A stretch of DNA of 64,000 bases from the NCBI GenBank assembly GCA_050506795.1, contig JBJHCF010000006.1, forward strand, positions 64,001 to 128,000, written 5' to 3'. The notes under the pieces are model-generated. The model did no database searches. It saw nothing but the letters and a program-made list of their open reading frames with translations, and had not been told where the DNA came from. Position 1 is the stretch's first letter. Each line of letters starts with the position of its first letter. Both the position numbers and the translations under genes were made by a program. Of the stretch, positions 46,830-56,171 are shown piece by piece. This DNA comes from Opitutia bacterium (GTDB lineage: Bacteria > Verrucomicrobiota > Verrucomicrobiia > Opitutales > T3Sed10-336).

Positions 46830-47237
46830 ATGGCTATCGAAATAAGCAAGATTGAGGACCTCAAAAGGCTCCAGGAAACGGAGCGGGTCGCGCGTGAGGA
46901 ATTGCGGAAAGCGGAGCGGCTTTTGAGTCTCCTGAATGACTCCGGATACCGGACCGCCAAGGAGCTGGCATCCGATCTGAAGCAGATTGAAGGGCGCGAG
47001 GAGGAGTTGAGGGGCCTGTGCAAGCAGTACCTCACGGCGGCGGGGGCGTTTACCGTATCGTCCGGAGGCGCTACCAGGAAGCGGCTTACCGAAGAGCAGA
47101 AACAGGAGGTCGCCGAAATGCTAAAGGACGGAAACACGGCTCGCGAAGTGGCTGAATTCTACGGCGTTTCCGCCGCTACCGTGAACAAGATCAAGTCCGA
47201 TTGCGGTTTGACTGCCAAAAAGAAAGCGGCGAAGTAG
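46830..47237 (+). CDS. Coiled-coil + C-terminal HTH DNA-binding protein
   Basis: 'RKRLTEEQKQEVAEMLKDGNTAREVAEFYGVSAATVNKIK'; Lys/Ala tail. Confidence 0.8.
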   Translation: MAIEISKIEDLKRLQETERVAREELRKAERLLSLLNDSGYRTAKELASDLKQIEGREEELRGLCKQYLTAAGAFTVSSGGATRKRLTEEQKQEVAEMLKDGNTAREVAEFYGVSAATVNKIKSDCGLTAKKKAAK

Positions 47238-47256
47238 ATTCCGCTAAGATTTATAC

Positions 47257-47291
47257 AAAAAAAGGCAGGGGTGTTTATCCCTGCCTTTTTT
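47257..47291. terminator. Intrinsic terminator (potentially bidirectional)
   Basis: AAAAAAAGGCAGGG-GTGTTTAT-CCCTGCCTTTTTT, 20 bp after the HTH gene. Confidence 0.88.
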
Positions 47292-47419
47292 CGTTTTACG
47301 GGTGTTCCGAGCGGCAGGATTTCTGCTACGGAGCAAAAACGTAACTAATTTGCCTCACTGATGAATCCGTTTTCCGGAAATCGGGTTGCATCATAATATT
47401 TTTTAGTGACGATGATGGC

Positions 47420-49561
47420 ATGAAAACTGAGATATCCACTTTCTGCAAAGAGTTCGGCGACGTTTTATCCCCTTTCCGGCAAATGCTTCAGAATACGGTG
47501 GAGGATATTCAGGAGGAGCCCGAAAGTCACGCCTTGCGCCACCCTTTGTCCGGACTGTCCGACGTGGCGCACCGACTCCATACCCTGGTGGATAAACTCG
47601 AACAGCAGCAGGCGTACGTGATTATTTTCGGCCCATTGAAGAGCGGGAAATCCACGCTGATGAACGCCATCAGTTCCGCGTACGTCAGTGAGGTGACGTC
47701 CCTTCCGGCCTACCCCTGCCTGGTTTACGTCAAACACAGCGAAGAGAAAAAGTACCAGTATACCAGTTACAACGGGAAAAAAGAGCTGACGGCCGACGGG
47801 GCCTACATGCAGCGGGCGATCCGCGACGCCCACCAGACCCTGGCCGAGAGGATTCGGCAGATGGAGGAAAAGGGCGAGCCGTTCGATCCGGGGATTCACT
47901 TTCCGGAAGCGATTCGCCGGGTCGACGTCGAGGTGCCGGCCAAGAATCTGAAGGATTCGCTGACGGTGCTGGTGGACACGCCCGGCCTGTACAGCAAAAT
48001 GAAGTTCGGTTACGACCTGATGACCAGGGAGTTTCGAAACAGCGCCGCGTGTGCGGTCTTTGTGGTCAAGACCGACAATCTGTTCCTTGAGCAGGTTTTC
48101 GCTGAGTTCAATGACCTTCTCGATCTGTTCAGCCGGATCTTTCTGGTGGTCAATATCGACGGCGGCAAACGCGACCTCGGTCCGGACGGCAATTTGCGGC
48201 CCAGCCTGGAAAGCGAGAATCCCGATCGCATCATCCGGGCTTTCGAATCGCTGGCTATGAGCGCTCCCCTGCGTCGCGCGGCCGACGAGGGGCGTTTGCG
48301 CATTTACCCGATCGACCTTTTGCGCTCGGCCGCCGCTTCGCTGCAAAACGGGGAGAATGGCGAGTCCGCGGATGGAAACGACGAGGGTTCCCCGGAGTCG
48401 CGGCCCGACGATTCGTTTTCCGAGTTCCTTACCGACCTCACCGATTATCTCAACAGCAGCGACTATCTGGTTGAGTTCATGGCCGACAGCTTGCGACAGG
48501 GGGCCGGACTGGCGGAGGAAGTGCAGCGCTGCTGCTCGGAGGAGTCGTTGCGCAGCTTTCAGCAGGAGCGGTCCTGGCTGGAGGACGAGATGCAGCGCGA
48601 GCGCGGGCGTTTGGCCGCGGTGGAGAGGCTGGCCAATCTCAACTGGGAAAAGGCCTTTGACGACCTGCGCGCCAAGAGCCGCAAAGCCGCCGATGCTTTT
48701 TCCGACAAACTGAAAGGCGAATTACGCGGGTCTCTGACTCAGGAAGTGGTGTCCTGGTTCGATTCCGACGAGAGCCTGCGCGACTTGCAGGAAGGCCGTT
48801 TGAATCCCTTGTTGACCGCGAAGGAGAAGGAGATCAAGGCGCACGCCGTCGATCGGATCCACTCGCTCGCCGGCGACTCCCTGGGAGGCTTGCGCCTGGA
48901 ACCGGATGACCTGCGGGCGTTGGATCGCCTTGATCTCAAGCTTGAGCCGATCCTGGAAGCGGCCGGGGAAGAGGTGTTGGCCGCCGGACGCGATCCCGCC
49001 TCCTGTGCGGTGCATGTTTCCAGCGAGAAGATTCCGGTTAAGAAAAGTGTCTGGGACTGGATTCTTTTTCGCGGGCAGTCGGCGGTACGCCGCGGGCTTT
49101 TCGGTCCGACGGAGGATCCCGAACGTCCCATTCCGCACGCGACCAAGAGAAAGCGTCTGGCCGACCCGGGCAGCGAAGCCTTGCACTCCATCCTGGATAC
49201 GCACCTGAAAAAACTCTTTCCTGATTTGCCCAGCGAGTATTGCGATCACCTGTTGAGCGAATTCATCCGGATTTTCTCCGCCGCGGTTCGCCAACGGGTG
49301 GAGGCGGTGAAGGAGGAACTGGGAACCAAAATGCCCGACCTCGAAAATCGTCTCGAGGCCAATAAACGGGTGCGCGCCCGCCTCAAGAGGATCAGCGACC
49401 TGGCTTCGCAGGTTCGGACCTCGGTGGTCGACCTCAAGGACCGGCACAGCAGCCTGGTGACCGCCGCGGTGGCGGGCGAGGATGATGAGGCGCAACCGGA
49501 GGAATCGGGTGCCGGCGAAGACGAAGCAGATGCCGGCGAAGATGAAACTGAGCGAAGCTGA
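47420..49561 (+). CDS. Dynamin-like GTPase
   Basis: G1 'GPLKSGKST', G3 'LVDTPG', atypical G4 'VVNID'; long helical C-half. Confidence 0.85.
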   Translation: MKTEISTFCKEFGDVLSPFRQMLQNTVEDIQEEPESHALRHPLSGLSDVAHRLHTLVDKLEQQQAYVIIFGPLKSGKSTLMNAISSAYVSEVTSLPAYPCLVYVKHSEEKKYQYTSYNGKKELTADGAYMQRAIRDAHQTLAERIRQMEEKGEPFDPGIHFPEAIRRVDVEVPAKNLKDSLTVLVDTPGLYSKMKFGYDLMTREFRNSAACAVFVVKTDNLFLEQVFAEFNDLLDLFSRIFLVVNIDGGKRDLGPDGNLRPSLESENPDRIIRAFESLAMSAPLRRAADEGRLRIYPIDLLRSAAASLQNGENGESADGNDEGSPESRPDDSFSEFLTDLTDYLNSSDYLVEFMADSLRQGAGLAEEVQRCCSEESLRSFQQERSWLEDEMQRERGRLAAVERLANLNWEKAFDDLRAKSRKAADAFSDKLKGELRGSLTQEVVSWFDSDESLRDLQEGRLNPLLTAKEKEIKAHAVDRIHSLAGDSLGGLRLEPDDLRALDRLDLKLEPILEAAGEEVLAAGRDPASCAVHVSSEKIPVKKSVWDWILFRGQSAVRRGLFGPTEDPERPIPHATKRKRLADPGSEALHSILDTHLKKLFPDLPSEYCDHLLSEFIRIFSAAVRQRVEAVKEELGTKMPDLENRLEANKRVRARLKRISDLASQVRTSVVDLKDRHSSLVTAAVAGEDDEAQPEESGAGEDEADAGEDETERS

Positions 49562-49617
49562 TTTTAGCTTTGTCACCAAAACTGGTTTGTCACCGTAATA
49601 TCCTTGTCCAATCCGAA

Positions 49618-50994
49618 ATGCCCATGCAAGATTCCCGCGCCGTGAAAGACCTGATCGAAGAAACCGCCGGATCCGTTCAGGATCTTTATCGTAAGTCAAT
49701 TGATCCTCTGGCGAAGAAATTCGCTTTTGAGAAGCGGCCGGTGGACGGCGAAATTTCCGGGGGGCCGCTGGTCCTGTTCGTGGGGAATCATTCCTCGGGC
49801 AAATCGACCTTTATCAACCACCTGCTGGGAGAGGCGGTGCAACGTACGGGAATGGCGCCCACGGATGATTGTTTCACTCTTCTTCGGTATGGGAAAAACC
49901 GGGAAGAGCGTGACGGGCGGGCGATTGTTTCCAACCCGGATCTGCCTTTCAGCGGCGCCGCCCATATCGGGCCGGAGTTTCTTTCGCACTTCAGGATGCG
50001 GCTCCTCCCCAACGAGTTTCTGCGTGACATCACCCTGGTTGACACTCCGGGCATGATCGACGCCGCCGGTCCCGACACCACGAGGGGGTACAATTTTTCC
50101 GCCGGGGTGAGGTGGTTCGCCGAGCGGGCGGATCTCGTTTTGGTGTTCTTTGATCCTGACCGGCCGGGTACGACAGCCGAGACTATGACCGAGCTGACCC
50201 AATCCCTCGGACGCATCGACCACAAGCTCTTGGTGGTGATGAACAAGATGGATCAGTTTCGCAGTCTGCGCGATTTTGCCCGCTGTTACGGCACTCTGTG
50301 CTGGAATTTGGGTAAGGTGATCGCGAAAAAGGATATTCCCCAGATCTTCACCACCTTTGTGCCGGTGAAAGGCGCGGCGGAATCCGCGCTGTCGCTGACC
50401 GATTTCGCCCACGCCAGGGAAGAACTGGTTTACGAAATCAAGCGCGCTCCGGTGCGCCGGTTGGACAACATCATTACCCAGGCTTCCATTTACGGCCGCC
50501 GGTTGAAACTCTACGTGCATATCATTCATGCGACCCGGCAGAAACTGACCGGTTTTCGCCGCCGGCTCTACGCCTTGCTCGTGGTGATTCTGGCCGCCGG
50601 CCTGGGTTCGGGGGCCTACCTGGCGAGTCAGGAGATGTGGCCCGCGGCGGTCGGGGCGGCGGTCGCGGGATTGGTGCTGGCTGTCGGCGGGTATTTCGGT
50701 TTTCGCGAACTGGTTCGCCGCCGGGAGGCCAAACTGCTGGACGACCTCGACGGGATTTTCGAACGGGTTTACAAGCGTGATCTGGTGGTGAGTAACCGGG
50801 AGGATGATCTCCTGCTTCTCTGGAAAGACGTCAAGGATTCGATCGTATGGACGGTTAAGAACCTCGGTCTTTTGTCGCTGCCGCGACTAAAACGTTCCGA
50901 ACTGAACCGGATTGAAGATACGTTGACCAAACAGCTTCCCGATCTCCGCGCCAAGCTGCACCGCAAGCTGGAATCGAAACCCACCGGGTTCTGA
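49618..50994 (+). CDS. EHD-like dynamin-superfamily NTPase with two predicted TM helices
   Basis: 'GNHSSGKST', 'PTDDCF', 'DTPG', 'RGYNF...WFAERAD', 'NKMD', 'YGTLCWNLGK'; hydrophobic hairpin near the C-terminus. Confidence 0.85.
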   Translation: MPMQDSRAVKDLIEETAGSVQDLYRKSIDPLAKKFAFEKRPVDGEISGGPLVLFVGNHSSGKSTFINHLLGEAVQRTGMAPTDDCFTLLRYGKNREERDGRAIVSNPDLPFSGAAHIGPEFLSHFRMRLLPNEFLRDITLVDTPGMIDAAGPDTTRGYNFSAGVRWFAERADLVLVFFDPDRPGTTAETMTELTQSLGRIDHKLLVVMNKMDQFRSLRDFARCYGTLCWNLGKVIAKKDIPQIFTTFVPVKGAAESALSLTDFAHAREELVYEIKRAPVRRLDNIITQASIYGRRLKLYVHIIHATRQKLTGFRRRLYALLVVILAAGLGSGAYLASQEMWPAAVGAAVAGLVLAVGGYFGFRELVRRREAKLLDDLDGIFERVYKRDLVVSNREDDLLLLWKDVKDSIVWTVKNLGLLSLPRLKRSELNRIEDTLTKQLPDLRAKLHRKLESKPTGF

Positions 50995-51275
50995 GGGGAT
51001 AGGGCTTCGCCCTGTTCTTGGTGCTCGGTTCCCTCGGTTGGACGGAGTGCGGAAGCAACCAGGAACCGAGAACCTAGAGTCCTAAAACCGAAAAAGTTGT
51101 TGTAGTTGGGTCAAGTTTTACGATTGCCGAGGGAAAAAGTAGCTCACGCTTCGACTCGGCTGAGCTCGTCGCAGGCCAGCGTGAATTCGCACGCAAGATG
51201 CGTGTACTACTTCGGGTCTGAGGCGTCGCCTCGCTGGAACTTAGAACCAAGAACGAAAGAGGAAGTTCCAGGAAC

Positions 51276-51830
51276 TCACTCTCTCAAACCGTATTCTTCC
51301 GGATCAAAACCGCGGGCACGAAGGGCGGCGGCGAGATCATAGAGGTTCAGTTGGGCGCCGCGCCGAATGTCGTTGGCGGCAAACCACCCCTGTTCCATTT
51401 CCAGGGCGAACTGAATCTGGGAACTCTGCGAGGCGATGGTGGTTTCATCGAACGGGTGCAGGGCGTAGACTTCCCGCAGCACACCCGAGGCGGTGAAGTA
51501 ACCGATGTCGAGGGGAAGGGGGGTGTTGCGCATGTAGAAAGCCACCCGGCGGGGAAAGCGATTGACGAAGAGCATTCCGGAATTCGGTTCAAGGGACTCC
51601 CGGAACATCAGACCGCGCGATTGCTCCTCCTGGGTGACGGCCAACTCGACCTGAATCGTGACCCCGTTCAGGGCCAGAGGAAAACGCTGGTCGGGGGAGG
51701 CGCTGCCCGGTTCCTCCGGCGCGACGGCACACCCTGCAGCGAGCAATACCCAAAGGAGCCAAAAGGTACGGGAACAGGTGGGGCGAAACCTTCGTTGATC
51801 GGGAAGAGGTTCTGCGGCGACGGGAATCAT
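51276..51830 (-). CDS. DUF192-domain lipoprotein
   Basis: 'AAGC', 'RGLMFRESL...GMLF', 'FYMRNTPLPLDI'. Confidence 0.88.
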   Translation of the reverse strand: MIPVAAEPLPDQRRFRPTCSRTFWLLWVLLAAGCAVAPEEPGSASPDQRFPLALNGVTIQVELAVTQEEQSRGLMFRESLEPNSGMLFVNRFPRRVAFYMRNTPLPLDIGYFTASGVLREVYALHPFDETTIASQSSQIQFALEMEQGWFAANDIRRGAQLNLYDLAAALRARGFDPEEYGLRE

Positions 51831-51860
51831 TGCGACGGCCCAATTGGTTGGCGGCGACGG

Positions 51861-53708
51861 TTATTCCACCGTGACCGATTTCGCCAGGTTGCGCGGCTTG
51901 TCCACATCGCAACCCCGCTGCACCGCGATGTGGTAGCTGAGGAGTTGCACCGGGATGGTGGCCAGGATCGGCTGAATGGCTTCGTGGGAATCCGGAAGCA
52001 GAATAAGGTCGTCGACCAGATTGTCCGGAAAGGGGTCGCTCTCCGACGCGACGGCGATGACCTTGCCGTTGCGGGCCTTGATCTCCTGAATATTGGCCAG
52101 AACCTTCTGGAACGTTTCGGCGTGCGGTGCCAGGAAGAATGACGGGCACTGTTCGCTGATCAAGGCGATCGGGCCGTGTTTCATTTCCGCGGCGGGATAC
52201 CCCTCGGCGTGAATGTAGGAAATCTCCTTAAGTTTCAGTGCGCCTTCGAGAGCGATGGGAAACATAAACTGCCGGCCGAGGAAGAGCATGTCCTCATAAT
52301 GGGCGTAGCGTGAAGCGATGTCGCGAATGTGATCGTTTTGCCGCAGGATGCGATTCACCAGTTCGGGAACGCTCTTGAAGGCCTGTACCAGAGCGGTGCC
52401 CTCGGAATAACTCATGTCGCGCAGCCGGCCCAGGTAGAGGGCCACCATGGCGGCCAGGAGCAACTGCGAGGTGAATGCCTTGGTCGAAGCCACGCCGATC
52501 TCCGGCCCCACGTGCTGGTAAATGCCCCCGTCGGCCTCGCGGGCGATGGTGGAACCGACCACGTTGGTGATGGCCAGGGTGCGAAATCCCTTACGCTGGG
52601 CCTCCCGCTGGGCGGCCAGGGTGTCGATGGTTTCCCCGGATTGGCTGATGATAAAAACCAGGGTGTTCTTTTCCAGCGGGGCGTTTCGGTAGCGGAACTC
52701 GGAGGCGTATTCGACCTCCACCGGAATGCGCGCGTAGCGTTCGATGAGGTATTCCGCCATCAGGCAGGCGTGCCAGGCGGTGCCGCAGGCGCAGAAGAGG
52801 AGCCGGTCCACCTGACGCCATTCCTGCGGGGAGAGGTTGAGTCCACCGAAATTGGCGCTGCTGCCGTCGTCGGAAAACCGGCCCCGCATGGTGTTCTCCA
52901 GAGAAACCGGCTGCTCGAAAATCTCCTTCTCCATGAAGTGGTTGTAAACCCCCACCTCCGCGTCCTCGATCGACCAGTCGATGGTGGAGATGATGGGGGA
53001 CACGTCCTCCAGGTTGATGGTGGAAATGGAGAAGTTGCTCCGGTTGATGGCGACGATTTCGTTGTCTTTAAGGTAGACGACGTTCTGGGTGCGGGAAATG
53101 ACAGCGGAAACATCGCTTGCCAACAGGTGCTCGCCGTCGCCGATGCCCACGATCAGGGGCGAGCCGCGGCGCGCGCCGATTAACTGGTCGGGATGCTCGG
53201 AGCAAATCACGGCGATCCCAAAGGTGCCTTCGATATGTTTCAGGGTCTTGCGAACGCTTTCCACAAAACGAATTTCGTGGTCGGAGGTCTCCTTTTCGTA
53301 GTGGTAGCTGATGAGGTTGACCAGCACCTCGGAATCGGTCTCCGAAGAGAAAGTGAAGCCCTGTTCGAGGAGAAAACGTTTAATGCTAAGGTGATTTTCG
53401 ATTACCCCGTTGTGGACCAGCGAGATTTTGCCGTTGCTGCTGAGGTGGGGGTGGGCGTTGGCGTCGGTGACCCCTCCGTGAGTAGCCCAGCGGGTGTGGC
53501 TGATACCGAGCGTTCCGGACAACGTGTGCTTGGAGGCGGCGGCCGCCAGGTTGTCCACCCTGCCGATCTTCTTGACGGTCTCGAGGCGGCCCCGGTTTTG
53601 CACCGCCAGTCCGGCGGAGTCATAACCGCGATATTCCAGCCGTTTCAACCCCTCCAGCAGGATGCCGGAAGCCTTCTGCTTGCCGATGTAGCCTACGATT
53701 CCGCACAT
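51861..53708 (-). CDS. glmS: Glutamine-fructose-6-phosphate transaminase
   Basis: 'MCGIVG', 'LEYRGYDSAG', 'HTRWATHG', 'PRNLAKSVTVE'. Confidence 0.98.
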   Translation of the reverse strand: MCGIVGYIGKQKASGILLEGLKRLEYRGYDSAGLAVQNRGRLETVKKIGRVDNLAAAASKHTLSGTLGISHTRWATHGGVTDANAHPHLSSNGKISLVHNGVIENHLSIKRFLLEQGFTFSSETDSEVLVNLISYHYEKETSDHEIRFVESVRKTLKHIEGTFGIAVICSEHPDQLIGARRGSPLIVGIGDGEHLLASDVSAVISRTQNVVYLKDNEIVAINRSNFSISTINLEDVSPIISTIDWSIEDAEVGVYNHFMEKEIFEQPVSLENTMRGRFSDDGSSANFGGLNLSPQEWRQVDRLLFCACGTAWHACLMAEYLIERYARIPVEVEYASEFRYRNAPLEKNTLVFIISQSGETIDTLAAQREAQRKGFRTLAITNVVGSTIAREADGGIYQHVGPEIGVASTKAFTSQLLLAAMVALYLGRLRDMSYSEGTALVQAFKSVPELVNRILRQNDHIRDIASRYAHYEDMLFLGRQFMFPIALEGALKLKEISYIHAEGYPAAEMKHGPIALISEQCPSFFLAPHAETFQKVLANIQEIKARNGKVIAVASESDPFPDNLVDDLILLPDSHEAIQPILATIPVQLLSYHIAVQRGCDVDKPRNLAKSVTVE

Positions 53709-53883
53709 AGCACTTGTCCTTGAAAATCATTGCCGGCGGAGTCCCCGCATGAAGCCGTATGCCTCGCTGCGCGGTTCCCTGCAAGAGGAAGGAACCCCGA
53801 CCATGCGCCATGAATGGCAGGGAGGAAACGGCAATGCAAGACTCTTTCCAGGCGCCGCCGCCAGGGCAACTCCATGGGAAAAA

Positions 53884-53940
53884 GTGGGAAATAGGCTTGA
53901 CCTGGTGGGGTAAAGTGGGGAGAAGTGGGGCGTTGTGGGA
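53884..53940 (+). promoter_or_regulatory. MraZ operator: GTGGG boxes at 10-bp periodicity overlapping the dcw promoter
   Basis: GTGGG at 53884, 53905, 53915, 53925, 53935; TTGACC (-35-like) at 53897. Confidence 0.85.
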
Positions 53941-53966
53941 TAAATGGTCCAAATCCAGGCGCGAAA

Positions 53967-54419
53967 ATGATGAACCCAGCCAAGCCGCTTTATGTCGGGT
54001 CGTTCCGGCATAATCTGGACGCCAAGAATCGTCTGACGATTCCGTCCAAATGGCGCTTCGCGGGTGATGATCAGGACGTTTACCTGGCTCTGCCGCATCC
54101 CAGTGGCTACATCGCGGTGCTGCCTCCGGCCGAGATCGAGAGCCTCCAGCAGAAGGTGATGGAAGTGAAACTCAGCGACCGTGACGGGCAGGACTTCATC
54201 AACCGTTTTTTTGCCGAGGCCCATTCCCTGGGTTGCGACAAGCAGGGAAGGATCGGATTGGCCGAGGGGTTGATCCGTCATGCCGGGATCGAGAAGGAGA
54301 GCCTCCTGGTGGGGACTATGACGAAGTTCAACATTTGGAGTCCCGGCCGTTGGGAAGGCCTGAACGAAAGAACGGGCGGGGATACCTTCGGCGATCTCAT
54401 GCAAAAAATCGGTATTTAA
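53967..54419 (+). CDS. mraZ: Division/cell-wall cluster repressor MraZ
   Basis: 'LDAKNRLTIPSKWR', 'DKQGRI', 'FNIWS'. Confidence 0.93.
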   Translation: MMNPAKPLYVGSFRHNLDAKNRLTIPSKWRFAGDDQDVYLALPHPSGYIAVLPPAEIESLQQKVMEVKLSDRDGQDFINRFFAEAHSLGCDKQGRIGLAEGLIRHAGIEKESLLVGTMTKFNIWSPGRWEGLNERTGGDTFGDLMQKIGI

Positions 54420-54486
54420 AGGCCGGCCTGAGGAGATCGGGGTCCGGCGAAACCAACAGAAAACATCCGAATCCAGATCAAACATT

Positions 54487-54696
54487 ATGAAACTCTCCAA
54501 CATGCTCTTTTCATCCCAGGTCCTGGGTCGCGGTACGGTCCGCCATTTCTCGGACGGCGATTTTGCCATCCCGGTCGGCTCCCCCGAAGGAGGTTCCTAC
54601 ATCGAGAGTCTGCGCCTGCGCCGTCCTCCCGCCCGACGGCTGGTGATGGCACGGAAAACGGCCGGGCGCCCCGGTTTTCGGTCGCTGTTCCGCTGA
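54487..54696 (+). CDS. Candidate small basic protein between mraZ and rsmH
   Basis: 69-aa ATG ORF on the operon strand after an A-rich leader; no motif. Confidence 0.35.
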   Translation: MKLSNMLFSSQVLGRGTVRHFSDGDFAIPVGSPEGGSYIESLRLRRPPARRLVMARKTAGRPGFRSLFR

Positions 54697-54856
54697 CTCC
54701 GGGAGCGGAGCGAATACCGGCCGGTATCAATCTGGGCATGGAAAGGACGGTAATATGGCTGTCATGGCAAATCTCTTGGCTAGACGCGGTGTCGATCGCT
54801 TTTTCCCCACGGTTTCCTGGCTCGTCGCCCATGCGACCCATTGGGGGGATCGCGTC

Positions 54857-55792
54857 ATGAACCACGAGCCGGTTCTTTTGGCGGAAACGATCCACCTGCT
54901 TGGGCCGCGAGACGGAGGGCGTTACCTGGACGCGACTTTCGGCGGCGGGGGCCACGCCCGCGCCCTGCTGGAAGCGGCCGACACCAGCGTTCACGCCATC
55001 GACCGCGATCCGGAGGCGGAGCGCCGGGCCGAAGGGTTGCGGGAAAGTTACGGCGAACGGTTCGCCTTTTACCGGGGCAACTTCGATGCGCTCGACGAGG
55101 TTTTGCCTCCGGGACATTATGACGGAATCCTTTTCGACCTTGGGGTCTCGTCCTATCAACTCGATGATTTCGGCCGGGGATTCTCCTTCCGGCAGGATGG
55201 TCCGCTCGATATGCGCATGGATCCAGACCAGGAGTGGACCGCGGCCGACTGGGTCCGCGAAGCGACCCGCGAGCAGTTGGTGGAGGCGGTGCGGGACTTC
55301 GGCGAGGAGCGCGAGTGGCGTCGAGTGGTGGAGGCCATAATCCGGACCCGCGAAGTCCGTGACCTGGCGACCACCGAAGACCTGGTGCGGGTGGTGGAGT
55401 CGGCGAAAACCCGGCCCCCGCGCAAACGCCCTCCCTCCCTGCATCCGGCGACCTTGACCTTCCAGGGAATCCGGATCGCGGTGAATGATGAACTGGGCGC
55501 TATCGCCAGGGCATTGCCGGCCGCGTTCGACCGGCTTTCGCCGGGCGGGGTGATGGCGGTGATCAGCTTCCATTCGCTCGAAGACCGGTTGGTCAAACGG
55601 TTTTTCCGCCGCATGTGCGGCCGACCCGAACACGCCGCCGATTCGCTGCCGCAGCAAATGCGCACCTGTTCCGCCGAACCGCTGAATCGCCGTCCCCTGG
55701 TTCCGTCCGACCGCGAGATTCAACGCAATCCCCGCAGCCGCTCCTCCAAGCTGCGGGCGATCAGAAAATTGACTGAAGATGAAAAGTTTTAA
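54857..55792 (+). CDS. rsmH: 16S rRNA m4C1402 methyltransferase
   Basis: 'HEPVLL', 'DATFGGGGH', 'DLGVSS', 'ISFHSLEDR', 'NPRSRSSKLR'. Confidence 0.96.
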   Translation: MNHEPVLLAETIHLLGPRDGGRYLDATFGGGGHARALLEAADTSVHAIDRDPEAERRAEGLRESYGERFAFYRGNFDALDEVLPPGHYDGILFDLGVSSYQLDDFGRGFSFRQDGPLDMRMDPDQEWTAADWVREATREQLVEAVRDFGEEREWRRVVEAIIRTREVRDLATTEDLVRVVESAKTRPPRKRPPSLHPATLTFQGIRIAVNDELGAIARALPAAFDRLSPGGVMAVISFHSLEDRLVKRFFRRMCGRPEHAADSLPQQMRTCSAEPLNRRPLVPSDREIQRNPRSRSSKLRAIRKLTEDEKF

Positions 55793-56171
55793 GACCGAAT
55801 ACGCCAGCCGAATAGTCTGCCTGACGTTTGCCCTGATTTTCCTGGCCGGCGCCACCGGCCTGGCCACCGTATGGATGCGGCAGAGTATCGGCGCCGCCGC
55901 TGCCGAGACCCGATCCATGGAGATTCGCCTCAACGAAGTCGATCGCGCCCTGTCGCGAATCAATTCGGAAATCGCGGTCAGCCTGAATCCGGGATTTCTC
56001 CAGAGTCAGATCGAACGGTTCAACCTGGACCTGCGCCGTCCCGACGACGAGCAGATCGTGCGGTTGGACGCGCCGCGTTTGCCGGATCGGGACTACGCGG
56101 CCGGAGATGGGTCGAATTCCTCCTCCGATCGTATGGCTTTCCGCCGTGAAGGTTTAATCACCAACCGATGA
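55779..56171 (+). CDS. ftsL: Cell division protein FtsL-like
   Basis: Single TM plus coiled coil, between rsmH and the PBP. Confidence 0.65.
   Translation: MKSFKTEYASRIVCLTFALIFLAGATGLATVWMRQSIGAAAAETRSMEIRLNEVDRALSRINSEIAVSLNPGFLQSQIERFNLDLRRPDDEQIVRLDAPRLPDRDYAAGDGSNSSSDRMAFRREGLITNR

Noticed and set aside
53709..53880. Possible glmS ribozyme upstream of glmS
   Set aside because: The conserved core (AGCGCC.GAAC...GACGAGG) is not present
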